Position numbers and translations under genes: made by a program
The notes under the pieces: generated by a model
What the model was told of the DNA's origin: nothing
Seen by the model: only the letters and a program-made list of their open reading frames with translations
The model's database searches: none
Origin: an uncultured Chlorobiaceae bacterium
GTDB lineage: Bacteria > Bacteroidota > Chlorobiia > Chlorobiales > Chlorobiaceae
Assembly (NCBI GenBank): GCA_903994365.1
Contig: CAJEXL010000001.1
Coordinates: 103,419-167,418, forward strand
Reading direction: 5' to 3'
Length of the DNA stretch: 64,000 nt
Shown: one piece after another, positions 21,933 through 33,894 of the stretch
Position numbering within the stretch: the stretch's first letter is position 1
Layout of the letters: each line of letters opens with the position of its first letter

Positions 21933-24317
21933 ATGGATAGCTTTATTAATGACGTTGTCAATAATGAACTCTTGTTCGGCAAGGATAAAGAGGAGTGCAT
22001 CGTCGGAGCGTATCAGCTTTCAGATACTCATATAAGGGTCTTTAATCGGAAAGATGGGGTGGTTGAAAGTCACGATGAACTCTTTTACCCCTTTTTTTTT
22101 GCTTCTGATGCCGCCCTTCTCGATGGATTTGTACCTGAAGAGAAAGAAAAGTTCTGGCTTGTAACACTTGGAGGCTCAAACTATTATCAATGTCTCGCGA
22201 TTTTCAGGAATTGGCGAAATCAAAGAGCTGCAATTGATCATATCAATAAAAAAAGACCGGTTGAGCCGATAGAGAGTGCTCAAAAATATCTCCCTTACGA
22301 GAGCAACTCATTGATCTATAACAAGGGTGATGCCGTCACACAGTACCTGCTGCAGAGCGGAAAGACCCTTTTTAAGGGGATGATATTTGATGACCTCTAT
22401 CGCATACAGCTTGATATTGAGACTGATTTTGATCCGAAAAACAAAAAAAACGGATTGGGCGATGATGAGATAATTATTATCTCATTAAGTGACAGCAGAG
22501 GGTGGGAATCCGTTTTGCACGCAAAAAAGCAAGGCGAAAAAAAACTGCTGGAAGAGTTGATCTCACTGGTTGCTACCATGAACCCCGATGTTATTGAGGG
22601 GCACAACATCTTCAGTTTTGACCTCCCATATCTGCAACGTAGATGTGAAAAACATGGCGTTCCATTTGCGATAGGGCGAAATGGAATGTTGCCAAAAACA
22701 TACCCTGCAAGTATTCGATTTGCAGAGAGAACCATTGATTACCCATATTTTGATATTCCAGGAAGACATGTCATTGATACTCTTTTTCTTGTTCAGAGTT
22801 ATGACATTTCGAAACGTTCCATGCAGAGTTATGGTCTTAAATCAGTTGCAAAGCATTTCGGCTTTGCAACGCCTGATCGTACTTATGTTGATTACAATGA
22901 TATATCGACGCTTTGGGAAAATAATCATGAAAAACTGCTTGCCTATGCACTTGATGATGTTCGCGAAACAAGGGCCCTCGCCTCTCTTCTTTCAGGGAGC
23001 AATTTCTACCTGACACAAATGCTGCCATACACCTACGCGATGACGGCACGCATTGGACAAGCAGCCAAAATTGAAGTGCTTATAGTAAGGGAATATCTCC
23101 GTCATAAACAGTCAATCCCAAAACCTACATCAGGCAAACAGAGTTCAGGTGGCTATACTGAAGTGTTTCTCAAGGGGGTTCTTGGGCCAATCGTCTATGC
23201 AGATGTAGAGTCCCTCTACCCGTCAATTATGCTTTCATACAATATTTGCCCAAAAAGTGACGAGCTGAGGGTATTCCCTGAAGTCCTGAACGATCTGAAA
23301 GAACTGCGCTTCAAGGCCAAAAAAAGGTCTCAAGAAGAGAAAAATAAGGGCAATATCTCGCTCGCAAATAATTTTGATGCCATGCAAAGCTCATTCAAAA
23401 TCCTCATTAATGCCATGTACGGGTACCTTGGCTATAACATGGGGATTTTTAATGATTTTATTGAAGCTGACAAGGTAACTTCAACAGGTCAGAGCCTGGC
23501 AAGAAAAATGATTACTGAATTTGAGTCAAGAGGATGCAAAATCATTGAAGTAGATACTGATGGAATTCTCTTTGTTCCTCCGCCCGAGATTTCATCAGAA
23601 GAAGAGGAGAAAAAACTGGTTGATACCGTTTCATCCGTAATGCCGCAAGGCATAAATATTGGATATGATGGTCGTTTCAAAAAAATGATCTCCTACATGA
23701 AAAAAAATTATGCCCTACTCAGTTACGATGGAGTCATGACACTGAAGGGATCGTCGCTGACAAGCAGAAGTGGTGAAAAGTTTGGCAAAGAGTTCGTCCG
23801 ACGAGGATTTGAAACCCTTTTAACTGAGGATATTGCAGGACTGCATAATCTGTTTACAGAATACAAAAACAAAATTGTGAACCATGAACTTGATGTTACA
23901 GACTTTTCCAGAACAGAAAGCTTGAAAAACTCCGTTGAACAATATCTTGAAGATGTAAAAGCGGGCAAACGATCGAAAGCAATTACTTATGAAATTGCCA
24001 TAAAATCGGGGCTGCACATCACAAAAGGAGAGAGGATTACCTATTACGTCACCGGAAGTGGTGGAGCGACATCATCATGGGATAGAGGTAAACTTGCTTC
24101 GGAGTGGAAAAAAGAGAGACCAGATGAAAACACTCAATTTTATCTGAAACGGCTTGATGAACATTGTCAAAAATTTTTACCATTTTTTAAACCGCAGGAC
24201 TACAGCGCCATATTTTCATCTGATACTCTTTTCTCATTTTCTCCTGAAGGAATAGAGTTGCAGAAAGAGATGAGACATACTGAAACAACGTCCATAAATG
24301 AAGAATCATCATTGTAA
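21933..24317 (+). CDS. polB: family B DNA polymerase with 3'-5' exonuclease domain
   Basis: Exo I DIET, Exo [14 protein letters not shown], Exo III YALDD; polymerase motifs [23 protein letters not shown]. Confidence 0.93.
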   Translation: MDSFINDVVNNELLFGKDKEECIVGAYQLSDTHIRVFNRKDGVVESHDELFYPFFFASDAALLDGFVPEEKEKFWLVTLGGSNYYQCLAIFRNWRNQRAAIDHINKKRPVEPIESAQKYLPYESNSLIYNKGDAVTQYLLQSGKTLFKGMIFDDLYRIQLDIETDFDPKNKKNGLGDDEIIIISLSDSRGWESVLHAKKQGEKKLLEELISLVATMNPDVIEGHNIFSFDLPYLQRRCEKHGVPFAIGRNGMLPKTYPASIRFAERTIDYPYFDIPGRHVIDTLFLVQSYDISKRSMQSYGLKSVAKHFGFATPDRTYVDYNDISTLWENNHEKLLAYALDDVRETRALASLLSGSNFYLTQMLPYTYAMTARIGQAAKIEVLIVREYLRHKQSIPKPTSGKQSSGGYTEVFLKGVLGPIVYADVESLYPSIMLSYNICPKSDELRVFPEVLNDLKELRFKAKKRSQEEKNKGNISLANNFDAMQSSFKILINAMYGYLGYNMGIFNDFIEADKVTSTGQSLARKMITEFESRGCKIIEVDTDGILFVPPPEISSEEEEKKLVDTVSSVMPQGINIGYDGRFKKMISYMKKNYALLSYDGVMTLKGSSLTSRSGEKFGKEFVRRGFETLLTEDIAGLHNLFTEYKNKIVNHELDVTDFSRTESLKNSVEQYLEDVKAGKRSKAITYEIAIKSGLHITKGERITYYVTGSGGATSSWDRGKLASEWKKERPDENTQFYLKRLDEHCQKFLPFFKPQDYSAIFSSDTLFSFSPEGIELQKEMRHTETTSINEESSL

Positions 24318-24467
24318 TTGAAAGTTGATGTGATTATCAAAAAACGGCATAATGGAACCGATGTTTCCCGGAGCTTTTGTATTTCCTTTTATCTATAGGG
24401 AACTCTATAGTATATTCTTATGTAGTTATGTTGTAGCCATTTTATTTTTAATCAATTTAAAATCATT

Positions 24468-25691
24468 ATGATAGATAATAAAGTACTTCGAATAACAGAT
24501 GATGTCAGTTGGATTGGTGTTCTTGATCCAGGCCTCATCACCTTCGACATTGTCATGGAGACCAAATATGGAACCACCTATAACTCCTACTTCATCAATG
24601 CCAATAAAAAAACCATTGTTGAAACCACAAAGGAAAAATTCTGGCCTGAATATCTGGCAAAAATAAAACAAGTTACTGACCCGTCTGCTATAGAATATAT
24701 TATCGTTGACCACACAGAGCCTGACCACTCCGGAAATATGAAGAATCTTCTTGCAGTAGCGCCCAACGCTACTGTAGTAGGCAGCGGGAATGCCATTAAG
24801 TTTCTTCGTGATCAGACAGGTCATGACTTTAAGTCACTGGTCGTAAAAACTGGAGATACGCTCAGCCTTGGCAATAAAACCCTTCATTTCATCAATGCTC
24901 CAAACCTGCACTGGCCAGACACCATCTATACATGGCTTGAAGAGGATAGAGTTCTCTTTACCTGTGACTCTTTTGGATCACACTTCTGCAATGAAGGAAT
25001 GTATGATGATATTGTTGGCGATTTTGATAACTCGTTCACCTACTACTTCGACTCCATTCTAAAACCATTCAGCAAATATATGCTGCAGGCTATTGAAAAA
25101 ATCAGCCAGCTTGACATTAAGGTAATATGCCCGGGCCATGGTCCAATACTGAGATCAAACTGGAAAAAATATGTTGATCTGTCACTTAAATATGCAAATA
25201 CAGCTATAGCGCTTCCGAATGAAAAAAATATACTGATCGCTTATGTCTCCGCTTATGAAAACACAACGTTAATGGCGGAAAAAATTGCTGACGCGCTTCG
25301 ACAAGTCTGTGACTTCCAGGTTACTGTCTGCGATATTGAGAACATAAGCGCAACAGATCTTGAGGATAAAATCGCCCATTGCACCGGCATCATTGTTGGA
25401 TCACCAACCATCAATCAAAATATATTACCACAGATCTACAATCTTTTTGCAACCATCAACCCCATACGAGACAAGGGTAAGCTGGCTGCAGCATTTGGAT
25501 CTTATGGATGGAGTGGCGAAGCTTCTAAAATGATTGAAAGTAATTTCACCATGCTCAAACTGAAATTATTTGAGCAAAACCTGATGGTCAAATTCAAACC
25601 TCATGAAGCTGAATTTGAAAGGTGTTACGCTTTCGGGAAGGCTTTTGCAGAAAAAATGGTTGAAATGTACAAGCTCAGTTGTCCTCTCTGA
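24468..25691 (+). CDS. fprA: flavodiiron protein (FprA / A-type flavoprotein)
   Basis: [30 protein letters not shown]; flavodoxin domain with GSPT and [10 protein letters not shown]. Confidence 0.93.
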   Translation: MIDNKVLRITDDVSWIGVLDPGLITFDIVMETKYGTTYNSYFINANKKTIVETTKEKFWPEYLAKIKQVTDPSAIEYIIVDHTEPDHSGNMKNLLAVAPNATVVGSGNAIKFLRDQTGHDFKSLVVKTGDTLSLGNKTLHFINAPNLHWPDTIYTWLEEDRVLFTCDSFGSHFCNEGMYDDIVGDFDNSFTYYFDSILKPFSKYMLQAIEKISQLDIKVICPGHGPILRSNWKKYVDLSLKYANTAIALPNEKNILIAYVSAYENTTLMAEKIADALRQVCDFQVTVCDIENISATDLEDKIAHCTGIIVGSPTINQNILPQIYNLFATINPIRDKGKLAAAFGSYGWSGEASKMIESNFTMLKLKLFEQNLMVKFKPHEAEFERCYAFGKAFAEKMVEMYKLSCPL

Positions 25692-25739
25692 GAATATAAG
25701 TATCGAGAAGAGCCGTAGTTATAAATTATTACGGTTCTT

Positions 25740-26033
25740 TCATCGAAAAATAATCTCTTTAACGATTGTCTGTCCAAGAACATCGTTAAGTTTAATGATA
25801 ATATCCTGTTTGCGGTAGTTGAGTTCCATTCTCCATGCTGGATTTTTAACACGAATGAACAATTGACCATCAGAAAATCGGTCAAGTGAGGTTGCGGATG
25901 CAACAGCCTCACCAACAACGCTGTTCCATATTTGAAGTGTCCTGAACTGTTGACGAGCCTCCTCCATACCTAAAATATGGCACATTTCAACAACAATCGC
26001 TGATATTTTTTTGGGGTCTTTAGTCCTTGCCAC
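25740..26033 (-). CDS. DciA / DUF721 family protein
   Basis: W..VVG..VA..T ... L.I.V...AW..EL pattern; directly downstream of recF. Confidence 0.85.
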   Translation of the reverse strand: MARTKDPKKISAIVVEMCHILGMEEARQQFRTLQIWNSVVGEAVASATSLDRFSDGQLFIRVKNPAWRMELNYRKQDIIIKLNDVLGQTIVKEIIFR

Positions 26034-26038
26034 TCCTC

Positions 26039-27145
26039 TTAGCTCACTTTTGTTTTGAGATATTCAATAGAAAATTGAGTAATATTGTTGTGTCCTTTTT
26101 TTTCAGTAGAGGTAATGATACTTTGACCACATGTTTCAAGGATAACAAAAATATCAGCTATCCTTGATGAATCAAGCTCACTGAAAATATCATCCAGCAA
26201 GCAAAGAGGTTTTTCACCAAGGGTGTCGTAAAAAAAACGGTGTTGGGCAAGCTTTAAGGCAATAAGAAAGGTGCGCAACTGACCTTGAGATGCATATTTT
26301 TTAATCTCATTACCATTAAGAAGAAAAATAAGATCATCGCGGTGAGGGCCAGTCAGGGTTTGTGTGCGAAAAATTTCTCGTCGCTGCGTATCTTCGTATC
26401 TTCTGATAAAAAGAGAGTAAAGATTGTCAACAGAGGTAGAGGTATCAATCTTTCCAAGTGATGAGCGATAGGATATACCAGGACTCTCTTCAGCGAATAA
26501 TTGACCATAAATTTCCTTGAAACGATCAAAAAATGAGGTGATAAATTGAACTCTCGTGTGCACGATTGACGCAGCAAGTCGGGCAAGAGTTTCATTCCAC
26601 AAAGGAAGCATCTCCTTGTGTACAGTCTGATTGTCATGCAATTGTAAAAGAAGTGCATTTCGTTGATTAAGTACCCGCCTATAAGCAAGAAGATCATTAA
26701 GGTATCTTCTGTTAGTCTGACAGATTGCATTATCAAGAAAACGCCTTCTCTCCCCTGGAGCTCCATTCACAATAACGATTTCAGGAGGAGAGAAGGTAAT
26801 ACAAGGAATAGTGCCAATATGACGTGAAAATGGTTTTATTTCTGAATTATTAACAATAATCTGTTTCTCTTTCTCTTTTGTATAGCTCAACTTAACGGTA
26901 AGTAAACTCTCTGTCTCACTCAAAAAAGTGCTTTCAAGCAGAAAATAATCCTTTTTGAAAGCAAGGCACTCACTGTCGTTTGTACTGACAAATCCTCTCG
27001 TTAAAGCACAATAGTGAATGCCCTCAAGCAGTGATGTTTTACCAGATCCATTGCGACCATGAATAAGATTGATACCATCAACAGGCTCAAAGGTCAAAAA
27101 TGAATGATTACGAAAATTTTGATACTGTGCACGCTGGAGTTTCAA
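26039..27145 (-). CDS. recF: DNA replication/repair protein RecF
   Basis: NFRN, G.NGSGKT, GAP.ERRRFLD, GPHRDD, SQGQ, LLDDIFSELD. Confidence 0.96.
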   Translation of the reverse strand: MKLQRAQYQNFRNHSFLTFEPVDGINLIHGRNGSGKTSLLEGIHYCALTRGFVSTNDSECLAFKKDYFLLESTFLSETESLLTVKLSYTKEKEKQIIVNNSEIKPFSRHIGTIPCITFSPPEIVIVNGAPGERRRFLDNAICQTNRRYLNDLLAYRRVLNQRNALLLQLHDNQTVHKEMLPLWNETLARLAASIVHTRVQFITSFFDRFKEIYGQLFAEESPGISYRSSLGKIDTSTSVDNLYSLFIRRYEDTQRREIFRTQTLTGPHRDDLIFLLNGNEIKKYASQGQLRTFLIALKLAQHRFFYDTLGEKPLCLLDDIFSELDSSRIADIFVILETCGQSIITSTEKKGHNNITQFSIEYLKTKVS

Positions 27146-27161
27146 TACTATCCCAGAGTAA

Positions 27162-28286
27162 TTAATTATTGATTCTTACAGGCATCACAAGAATAATAAG
27201 CTTGTCATCCTCAATTTCCTTGTGTGGTTTAAAAATAACAGCCGTCGTTGGACTCTTGAGCTCAATGCGGATTTCCTTGTCATCAAGATGTGCGAGGGCT
27301 GCTTCTATGAATTTGGAATTAAAGCCTATCGTAATATCTTCACCACAATAGGTACATGATAACTCCTCCTGCGCTGCCTCACCATCATTGGTATTTTCAG
27401 CCATCAACTTCATCGATTGACCCTCTATAACCATCTTGATGTCACCAATGCTGGAAAACCGACCAACACGTCGCACCGTGTCATAGATGGAAGCACGCTC
27501 TATGATAACATGCTTGTCGTGCTCAACAGGAATAACAGCATCATAATTTGGATAAGGTTCAACAATAAGTGCTGCATCAAGAATGATATTACCACTTATA
27601 AAGCGAACAAAACGGCGATCTGAATCAATACACATGGTCATTGATTGATGCTGAGAGAGTTTTTGAAGGATAGAAAGGACTCTGGCAGGAACAACAATTT
27701 TTTGTTTTTCATGAATATCCAGCGAAGAGCTTTTTCTGCACCTGACAAGTCGATGTCCATCAGTGGAAACACCGGTAATAGTGCTGCCTTCAAGCTCAAA
27801 GAGCACACCCATCATAGCAGGCCGCATCCCATCAACACTACAAGCAAAAGTAGTTTTCTGAATCAGATCAAGAAACTCTGATGTTTCAAATTCTATTGAG
27901 ATATCATAACTCTTTTCATATTTCTCAAACTTGCTCTCAAAAAGACAGGCAATCTTGTATTTGCCCTTATCTGTAGAGATGTTCACGATACCATGATCAC
28001 TGATTTCCTGACGCTCAATGGTGAAAGAAACTGAAGTATCGTACATACTTCTGAGAAAATCCTGAAGCAGTCTGGCATTAATACCAATATTTACAGTATC
28101 AGTAGTTTCTACATCGCTTTTTGCAGTTATAGAGAGCTCGCCATCAGTACCAAACAAGGTAAGAGAGCCAGGCTCTATGGAAAGGTGGACATTTTCAAAA
28201 CGTGGATCCATGGTTTTTGCAGGGATTGCCTGTGAAACTTTACCGACGGGATCCTGAAGTTGACGGATTGAGGTTATGAATTTCAT
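27162..28286 (-). CDS. dnaN: DNA polymerase III beta clamp
   Basis: STDGHRL, YPNY..VIP, IGFN, LVMPVR; between dnaA and recF; ATG at 28286. Confidence 0.96.
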   Translation of the reverse strand: MKFITSIRQLQDPVGKVSQAIPAKTMDPRFENVHLSIEPGSLTLFGTDGELSITAKSDVETTDTVNIGINARLLQDFLRSMYDTSVSFTIERQEISDHGIVNISTDKGKYKIACLFESKFEKYEKSYDISIEFETSEFLDLIQKTTFACSVDGMRPAMMGVLFELEGSTITGVSTDGHRLVRCRKSSSLDIHEKQKIVVPARVLSILQKLSQHQSMTMCIDSDRRFVRFISGNIILDAALIVEPYPNYDAVIPVEHDKHVIIERASIYDTVRRVGRFSSIGDIKMVIEGQSMKLMAENTNDGEAAQEELSCTYCGEDITIGFNSKFIEAALAHLDDKEIRIELKSPTTAVIFKPHKEIEDDKLIILVMPVRINN

Positions 28287-28295
28287 CTGCTCCAA

Positions 28296-28567
28296 CTTTA
28301 ACTATTTAATATTTTTATAAAATTGTTGTTGTTGTTGTCTGTGTTGAGATCTTTATAAGTACCGGTAATAAAAAATATTCTATTTTAAATTAACAGGTTA
28401 TGGTGATTAATAAAGAAGAGGGAAGTGTTGATAACACCCCTCTTGTCTTCCTGTTGGATTGTTAATAGTTTGTGGATGACTTTTCTTGTGATGACTTATT
28501 GTGTATAACATATCACTTATCCAGATTTCTTAAACACTCTCTCAACACCTTGTGAACATTTTTTAAT
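28296..28567. other. oriC sub-region between dnaA and dnaN (DnaA boxes, AT-rich segment)
   Basis: TGTGTATAA 28500-28508 (consensus box); near-consensus boxes at 28426, 28471 and 28517; AT-rich 28296-28322 next to (TTG)5. Confidence 0.75.
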
Positions 28568-30043
28568 TCACATCGAGAGTATCTCTATCCTTTTCTTGAT
28601 CTCTTCAATTTTTTTTCTATCCTCTCCGATTGTATCGAATTTTTTAGTAACGGTATTAACAGCATGGATAACAGTAGAGTGATCTCTTCCACCGAAATGG
28701 AGACCTATAGTCTTCAGGGAGGAGTCTGTCAGAAGTTTTGAGAGATACATCGCTATCTGGCGTCCAATCGCTATCTCCTTCTTTTTTGATTTTCCTTTCA
28801 AGTCATTGGGTGTGATGGAAAAATAGGAACAGACAGCCTTTTCAATAATGTCCAACGTCAATTGTTTGGCAGTGTGCCTGATAATATCCTTCAGGGTTGA
28901 TTTGGTAAAATGAAGGTCAATCTCCTTGTTGTCAAGAGACTGTGCAGCCAGTAGTTTTACAATACACCCCTCCAACTCCCTTACATTCTCTGTGATATTT
29001 GTCGCAATAAACTCAATAACCGCTTCATCAAGATTTACACCGCTTTGGTGGAGTTTGCTGAGAATAATCGCTTTTCTGGTCTCATAATCTGGTGGTTGAA
29101 TATCAGCCGACAAACCCCAGTTAAATCGTGATATCAAGCGATCTTCAATACCTTTAATATCTTTTATTGGTCGATCGGCTGATAATATAATCTGTTTGTT
29201 TGATTGGTGTAAGGTGTTAAAAATATGAAAAATTTCCTCCTGTGTTTTTTCCTTGCCTGAAAAAAACTGAATATCGTCAATAATGAGTACATCAATAGAG
29301 CGATAAAATGATGAAAATTCCTGTATTTTACCGTTCTGTATAGCATTAACAAAATCTATAGCAAATTTTTCACTTGAGACGTAGAGCACTCTTTCAGAGA
29401 GTTTATTCTCACGAACACTGTTGCCTACCGCCTGCATGATATGTGTTTTACCCAGACCAACACCACCATAAATAACCAGTGGATTAAATGCGTTCTGACC
29501 AGGACTTTGTGCGACAGCCTTTGCAGCAGCAACAGCCAAAGAGTTGCAATCCCCTCTTATAAGTGTATTAAATGTATATTTTGTATTAAGATGTGTCTCA
29601 AATCGAGCAAGATTGCGTTGAAATTCTTGACTATTTTTGATAGAAGCATCTGTAGCCCTGTTTTCTGAAATAAAATCACCATTCATGGCATTCTGGTGAG
29701 GCAACTCTATAGTGACCGGTTGTCCTTGTGATTTATCCATCACAATAGAGTACATCAGTCGAGCTTCAGGACCAATTACCTCTTTGAGTGCTTGCTTCAG
29801 GAAAGAGGAGTAGTTCTCTTCAATCCACTCATAAAAAAACTGACTGGGAACCTCTATGGTTAATTCACTACCAGAAAATCCCATTGGCCTGATAGGAGAA
29901 AACCAGGTTTTAAAAGCAAGCGGATTAATTTTTTCTCTGATGGTATTAAGACAGGCCTCCCAGACTTGCTGTTCCATTGAGCTACTTTTTCGGGGTAGTG
30001 TTGTGGAACTCTCTTGATTTGTTTTTGACGTAACTTCTATCAT
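28568..30043 (-). CDS. dnaA: chromosomal replication initiator DnaA
   Basis: [50 protein letters not shown]. Confidence 0.98.
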   Translation of the reverse strand: MIEVTSKTNQESSTTLPRKSSSMEQQVWEACLNTIREKINPLAFKTWFSPIRPMGFSGSELTIEVPSQFFYEWIEENYSSFLKQALKEVIGPEARLMYSIVMDKSQGQPVTIELPHQNAMNGDFISENRATDASIKNSQEFQRNLARFETHLNTKYTFNTLIRGDCNSLAVAAAKAVAQSPGQNAFNPLVIYGGVGLGKTHIMQAVGNSVRENKLSERVLYVSSEKFAIDFVNAIQNGKIQEFSSFYRSIDVLIIDDIQFFSGKEKTQEEIFHIFNTLHQSNKQIILSADRPIKDIKGIEDRLISRFNWGLSADIQPPDYETRKAIILSKLHQSGVNLDEAVIEFIATNITENVRELEGCIVKLLAAQSLDNKEIDLHFTKSTLKDIIRHTAKQLTLDIIEKAVCSYFSITPNDLKGKSKKKEIAIGRQIAMYLSKLLTDSSLKTIGLHFGGRDHSTVIHAVNTVTKKFDTIGEDRKKIEEIKKRIEILSM

Positions 30044-30514
30044 AAAAAAAGAAAAAACGAGGGATAATTGTTGATATTGTCAGCGCCATCAACATTCTGT
30101 GTTCACAAGTTAGTTTTTTAAGTGAATAAAAAACAATTTCGTTTATTGAAAATAAGCTTATATGGTCAAGAGGTTGAGAAGTAGGTTTTCAACATGTTAA
30201 CTCTTTATAATAATAAGTTTTGACCTGTATTTCGGCAAAAGTAGTCAACATTTACTGTGGCCTTTATGTGATGAAAATTCTTGACTGTTAGGAGAGGGTG
30301 ATTTTTTTATCCACAAGTTATCCACATTATTTATTGTTTTGTGTTCACTCTAAATTTTTTACCCTCTCTCCTTCAATGTTTTGCTTGCTATGAGAGTGTC
30401 TTTTGCCCAACAACCTGTGATGAGAATGTGGTAGTATTTGTTATTGGCACTCTATTGTGCTAAATTGTTTGCCCTGTAATTTTGAACATAAAAAAAGTGT
30501 GGAGCATATAAGCG
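30044..30514. promoter_or_regulatory. dnaA-rpmH intergenic region / oriC sub-region with tandem DnaA boxes
   Basis: TTATCCACA at 30307-30315 and 30318-30326 in an AT-rich region between divergent genes. Confidence 0.8.
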
Positions 30515-30676
30515 ATGAAAAGAACCTATCAGCCGAGAAATAGAAAAAGAAGGAACAAGCACGGCTTCAGGCAGAGAATGTCAACCAAAAATGGTCGCAA
30601 AGTTCTCTCTTCGAGAAGAGCAAAGGGTCGTCACTCATTGACAGTCAGTTGCGATATGGGTACGGCTGGACAGTAA
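30515..30676 (+). CDS. rpmH: 50S ribosomal protein L34 (not in the ORF track)
   Basis: Manual translation [53 protein letters not shown]. Confidence 0.97.
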   Translation: MKRTYQPRNRKRRNKHGFRQRMSTKNGRKVLSSRRAKGRHSLTVSCDMGTAGQ

Positions 30677-30701
30677 GCCTTTTAGTCATCTTGTTGAATA
30701 A

Positions 30702-31139
30702 TTGCTCTTTCACTTTCAGGTTTTGGATAAACTACGTGTTTATTCTCTGCGCAAGCATGAGATATTGAGAAGAAAGCATTTGATTTCATTGCTGTTTCGT
30801 GGTGGAAAAAGTGCAAAAGGTGAATTTTTAAGAATAGTGTATGCCTCTCTGGAGCCTGAAAGCCAGTCTTTTCAGGGAGTTCCTTCAATATTGTTCACCG
30901 TTGGAAAAAAAACAATCTCTTCTGCTGTCAGGCGCAACAGGGTAAAAAGGATGATGAAGGAGGCTTACCGTCTTGAAAAAAAGAATATACAGAGTGACGC
31001 AGAAAGCCGTAATGATGGCATTATAAATGGGAAGCTCTGTATTGCTTTCATTTATATGGACAGAAAAAAGATTCTTCCCGGTCTTGAGGCATTCAGGGAT
31101 GAGATCAGGGGATTATCGGGGGGTATGACATTTTCCTGA
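30702..31139 (+). CDS. rnpA: ribonuclease P protein component
   Basis: VGKK..SAVRRNRVKR.M.EAYR; follows rpmH; start uncertain. Confidence 0.9.
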   Translation: MLFHFQVLDKLRVYSLRKHEILRRKHLISLLFRGGKSAKGEFLRIVYASLEPESQSFQGVPSILFTVGKKTISSAVRRNRVKRMMKEAYRLEKKNIQSDAESRNDGIINGKLCIAFIYMDRKKILPGLEAFRDEIRGLSGGMTFS

Positions 31140-31197
31140 ATCCTGATGACAGGCTCTCCTTAAGAAGTTTTATACAGGGCAAAGGAGTCCTGGAAGT

Positions 31198-31446
31198 ATG
31201 AGTAAGTGGAACTTTATTAATTGGGTACCTATAGCGCTGATAAAATTCTACAGGGCATTTCTTTCCCCATTGTTCGGCCCTTCCTGCAAATATCTTCCCA
31301 CCTGCTCGAGTTACGCACTGGAAGCTTTTCAGCTTCATAATTTTTTTTATGCTTCATGGTTGACATTGTGGCGGATTCTGAGATGCAATCCATTTTCAAA
31401 AGGAGGGTTTGATCCCGTTCCTCCTGTATCGGTACACAAAAAATGA
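31198..31446 (+). CDS. yidD: membrane protein insertion efficiency factor YidD
   Basis: [29 protein letters not shown]. Confidence 0.95.
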   Translation: MSKWNFINWVPIALIKFYRAFLSPLFGPSCKYLPTCSSYALEAFQLHNFFYASWLTLWRILRCNPFSKGGFDPVPPVSVHKK

Positions 31447-31476
31447 TTTTTCTGGAAAAACATAACGTTAGTGGTC

Positions 31477-33231
31477 ATGGATAAAAATTCGGTAACAGGC
31501 CTTGCAATTATAGCTGTGATCATGATGGTCTGGCTTCAGTTTATGTCGCCGGAGATTAAACCGTTGCAGGAGACGAAGGTCGTGAAGACAGAGCAGGTGG
31601 CTCAGCAGGTTCAGCTTGCGCCAGCCCTCTCGTTAACACCTGCGGTTGATAATTTTGGGGCTTTTTCTGGTTCCGCCGGAGGCAAGGAGCAACTCTTTAC
31701 CGTCGATAATGATCTGTTTCGGGCAACGCTCTCCTCAAAAGGGGCCACCTTGAAGTCCCTCGTACTCAAAAAGCATCTTGACGGCAATCGTAAAGCCTTT
31801 GATCTTGTAACTAACGGGAAAAATGGCTCTCTTTCACTCCTTTTTCTTACACGGGAAGGCAAGAAAATAGATACGCGGGATCTCTATTTCAGCACGGTCT
31901 CTCTTGATACTCTTCGTACAATCACAGGAAAAGAGAGTTATGCGTTGCGTTATCATCTTGGTGTGACCCCCCTGCAGGCGGTTGATATTACCTATATGTT
32001 TGGTGGTGACAGTTACAGTGTTGGCTATGATGTCAAGTTGACAGGATTTGCCAATGAGCTTGCTGGCAATGAGTATCAGTTGCAGTGGGATGGAGGAGTG
32101 GCCTATTCGGAAAAAAATCGGCAGGATGAGGCACAAAATACATCAGCAAGCGCATTTCTTGGTGGTAGTCAGGTAAAGATTGATGCAAGCAAGGAGAATG
32201 AGCGCTATCGCGAAGAGCAGTCAGGAGCGGCAAAGTGGGTTGCTGTACACAGCAAGTATTTTGTTGCAGCTCTGATTCCGCAGGGAAATACTGCAGGAAT
32301 CTATCTTGATGGCAAAAGAGTGGCCGGTAATGAGTTTGAAAATTATGTTGCTGCCCTGAAAATGGGTGTCTCGGCAACCAGCGCTGTTGTGAACGACAAG
32401 TTCAGCCTCTATCTCGGTCCTCTCGACTACAACACCATCAAGGCACAGAATGTTGGCCTTGAAAAGGTTATGGATTTTGGATGGGATTGGCTTACAAGGC
32501 CTTTTGCCGAGTATATCATTCTCCCGGTCTTTAACTGGATGAATGGCTTTGTCGGTAACTACGGGCTAATCATTATCATTTTTGCTTTTCTTATCAAGCT
32601 GGTGACCTATCCTCTCTCAATGGCTTCTACCAAGTCAATGAAAAAAATGTCGGCACTCCAGCCGGTGTTGAAGGAGCTGCAGGAGAAGTACAAGGATAAT
32701 CCTGCTAAATTGCAAAGTGAACTTGGAAGGATTTACAAGGAAGCCGGAGTGAACCCGATTGGTGGATGTTTGCCTGTTGTGCTTCAGATGCCACTGCTTT
32801 TTGCAATGTTCTATGTTTTCCGCTCCTCAATCCAGCTTCGTCAGCATGGATTTCTCTGGGCGAAGGATCTCTCTGTGCCGGATTCGGTTTTTGATTTTGG
32901 TTTTGCAATTCCCATGTACGGAAGCCATATCGCGGTATTCCCGATTCTCATGGCTGTGACTGTTTATATGCAACAAAAAATCACCCCTACAACTCAGTCA
33001 AACGAGCAGATGAAGGTGATGATGTATATGTTTCCCGCCATGATGCTGCTCTTTTTCAATAATATGCCTGCTGGCTTGGGTCTCTATTATTTGATGTTCA
33101 ATATTTTTAGTGTTGCGCAGCAGTTTTATATCAATAAAACCACAACTGCAGCAGATATGCCGAATGTGAGTCTGGTGAGCCACTCTTCCGGCTCATCAAG
33201 AAAGCAGAAAAAAGGGGGAACTAAAAGGTAA
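31477..33231 (+). CDS. yidC: membrane protein insertase YidC
   Basis: DFGW, GNYG..II, NP.GGCLP...QMP, FLW..DLS.PD, PAGL.LY. Confidence 0.96.
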   Translation: MDKNSVTGLAIIAVIMMVWLQFMSPEIKPLQETKVVKTEQVAQQVQLAPALSLTPAVDNFGAFSGSAGGKEQLFTVDNDLFRATLSSKGATLKSLVLKKHLDGNRKAFDLVTNGKNGSLSLLFLTREGKKIDTRDLYFSTVSLDTLRTITGKESYALRYHLGVTPLQAVDITYMFGGDSYSVGYDVKLTGFANELAGNEYQLQWDGGVAYSEKNRQDEAQNTSASAFLGGSQVKIDASKENERYREEQSGAAKWVAVHSKYFVAALIPQGNTAGIYLDGKRVAGNEFENYVAALKMGVSATSAVVNDKFSLYLGPLDYNTIKAQNVGLEKVMDFGWDWLTRPFAEYIILPVFNWMNGFVGNYGLIIIIFAFLIKLVTYPLSMASTKSMKKMSALQPVLKELQEKYKDNPAKLQSELGRIYKEAGVNPIGGCLPVVLQMPLLFAMFYVFRSSIQLRQHGFLWAKDLSVPDSVFDFGFAIPMYGSHIAVFPILMAVTVYMQQKITPTTQSNEQMKVMMYMFPAMMLLFFNNMPAGLGLYYLMFNIFSVAQQFYINKTTTAADMPNVSLVSHSSGSSRKQKKGGTKR

Positions 33232-33239
33232 CTACCATT

Positions 33240-33836
33240 ATGGCGCTGATTGAGCAGGCTGATGTCTGGCTGTTCCGGTTGTTGAATCTTCATCTGGTTC
33301 ATCCGGCAGCCGACGATCTCATGGTCTTTTTGACAAGAGCGAGCCTTTCTGGCCATATTTTGATGCTTGCTGCTCTTTTTGTGTTTATCCGGAGAGGAAA
33401 GTCAGCTCTCCTCATCATTACCCTTGCACTGGTATCGCTTGGATTGGCAGATTTGGTTGCTTCGGGTATTTTTAAACCTCTTGTGCAGCGTATTCGTCCC
33501 TGTTTTGCTCTTGAGCAGGTTCGTCTCCTTGTCAATCAGCCTCATAGTTATTCATTTGCATCATCTCATGCTGCAAATTCTGCAGCGGTGGCATCAATAC
33601 TGTGGATCTTTTTTCACCGGGGCGTAGTGGTTGAAAAACTCTTTATCATAATCATGATTCCCTATGCACTGGCCATCTCTCTCTCCCGCGCCTATGTTGG
33701 TGTTCACTATCCAGGCGACCTGCTTGCCGGTATGGTGATCGGAGTCTTTAGCGCCGCCCTTACCTATCTTTTATTTTCATGGATTGTCAAGAATATTATT
33801 CAACCTCGTCTCATGCGACGTGCATGTCCAAAGTAA
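33240..33836 (+). CDS. PAP2-family membrane phosphatase
   Basis: K....R.RP, SF.SSHA, SR.Y.GVHYP.D motifs. Confidence 0.9.
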   Translation: MALIEQADVWLFRLLNLHLVHPAADDLMVFLTRASLSGHILMLAALFVFIRRGKSALLIITLALVSLGLADLVASGIFKPLVQRIRPCFALEQVRLLVNQPHSYSFASSHAANSAAVASILWIFFHRGVVVEKLFIIIMIPYALAISLSRAYVGVHYPGDLLAGMVIGVFSAALTYLLFSWIVKNIIQPRLMRRACPK

Positions 33837-33894
33837 CAGCGTTCAGGGCGGCAGAAAATATTTTGTTTATTCACACATTTTAATCAAGTTTTTT

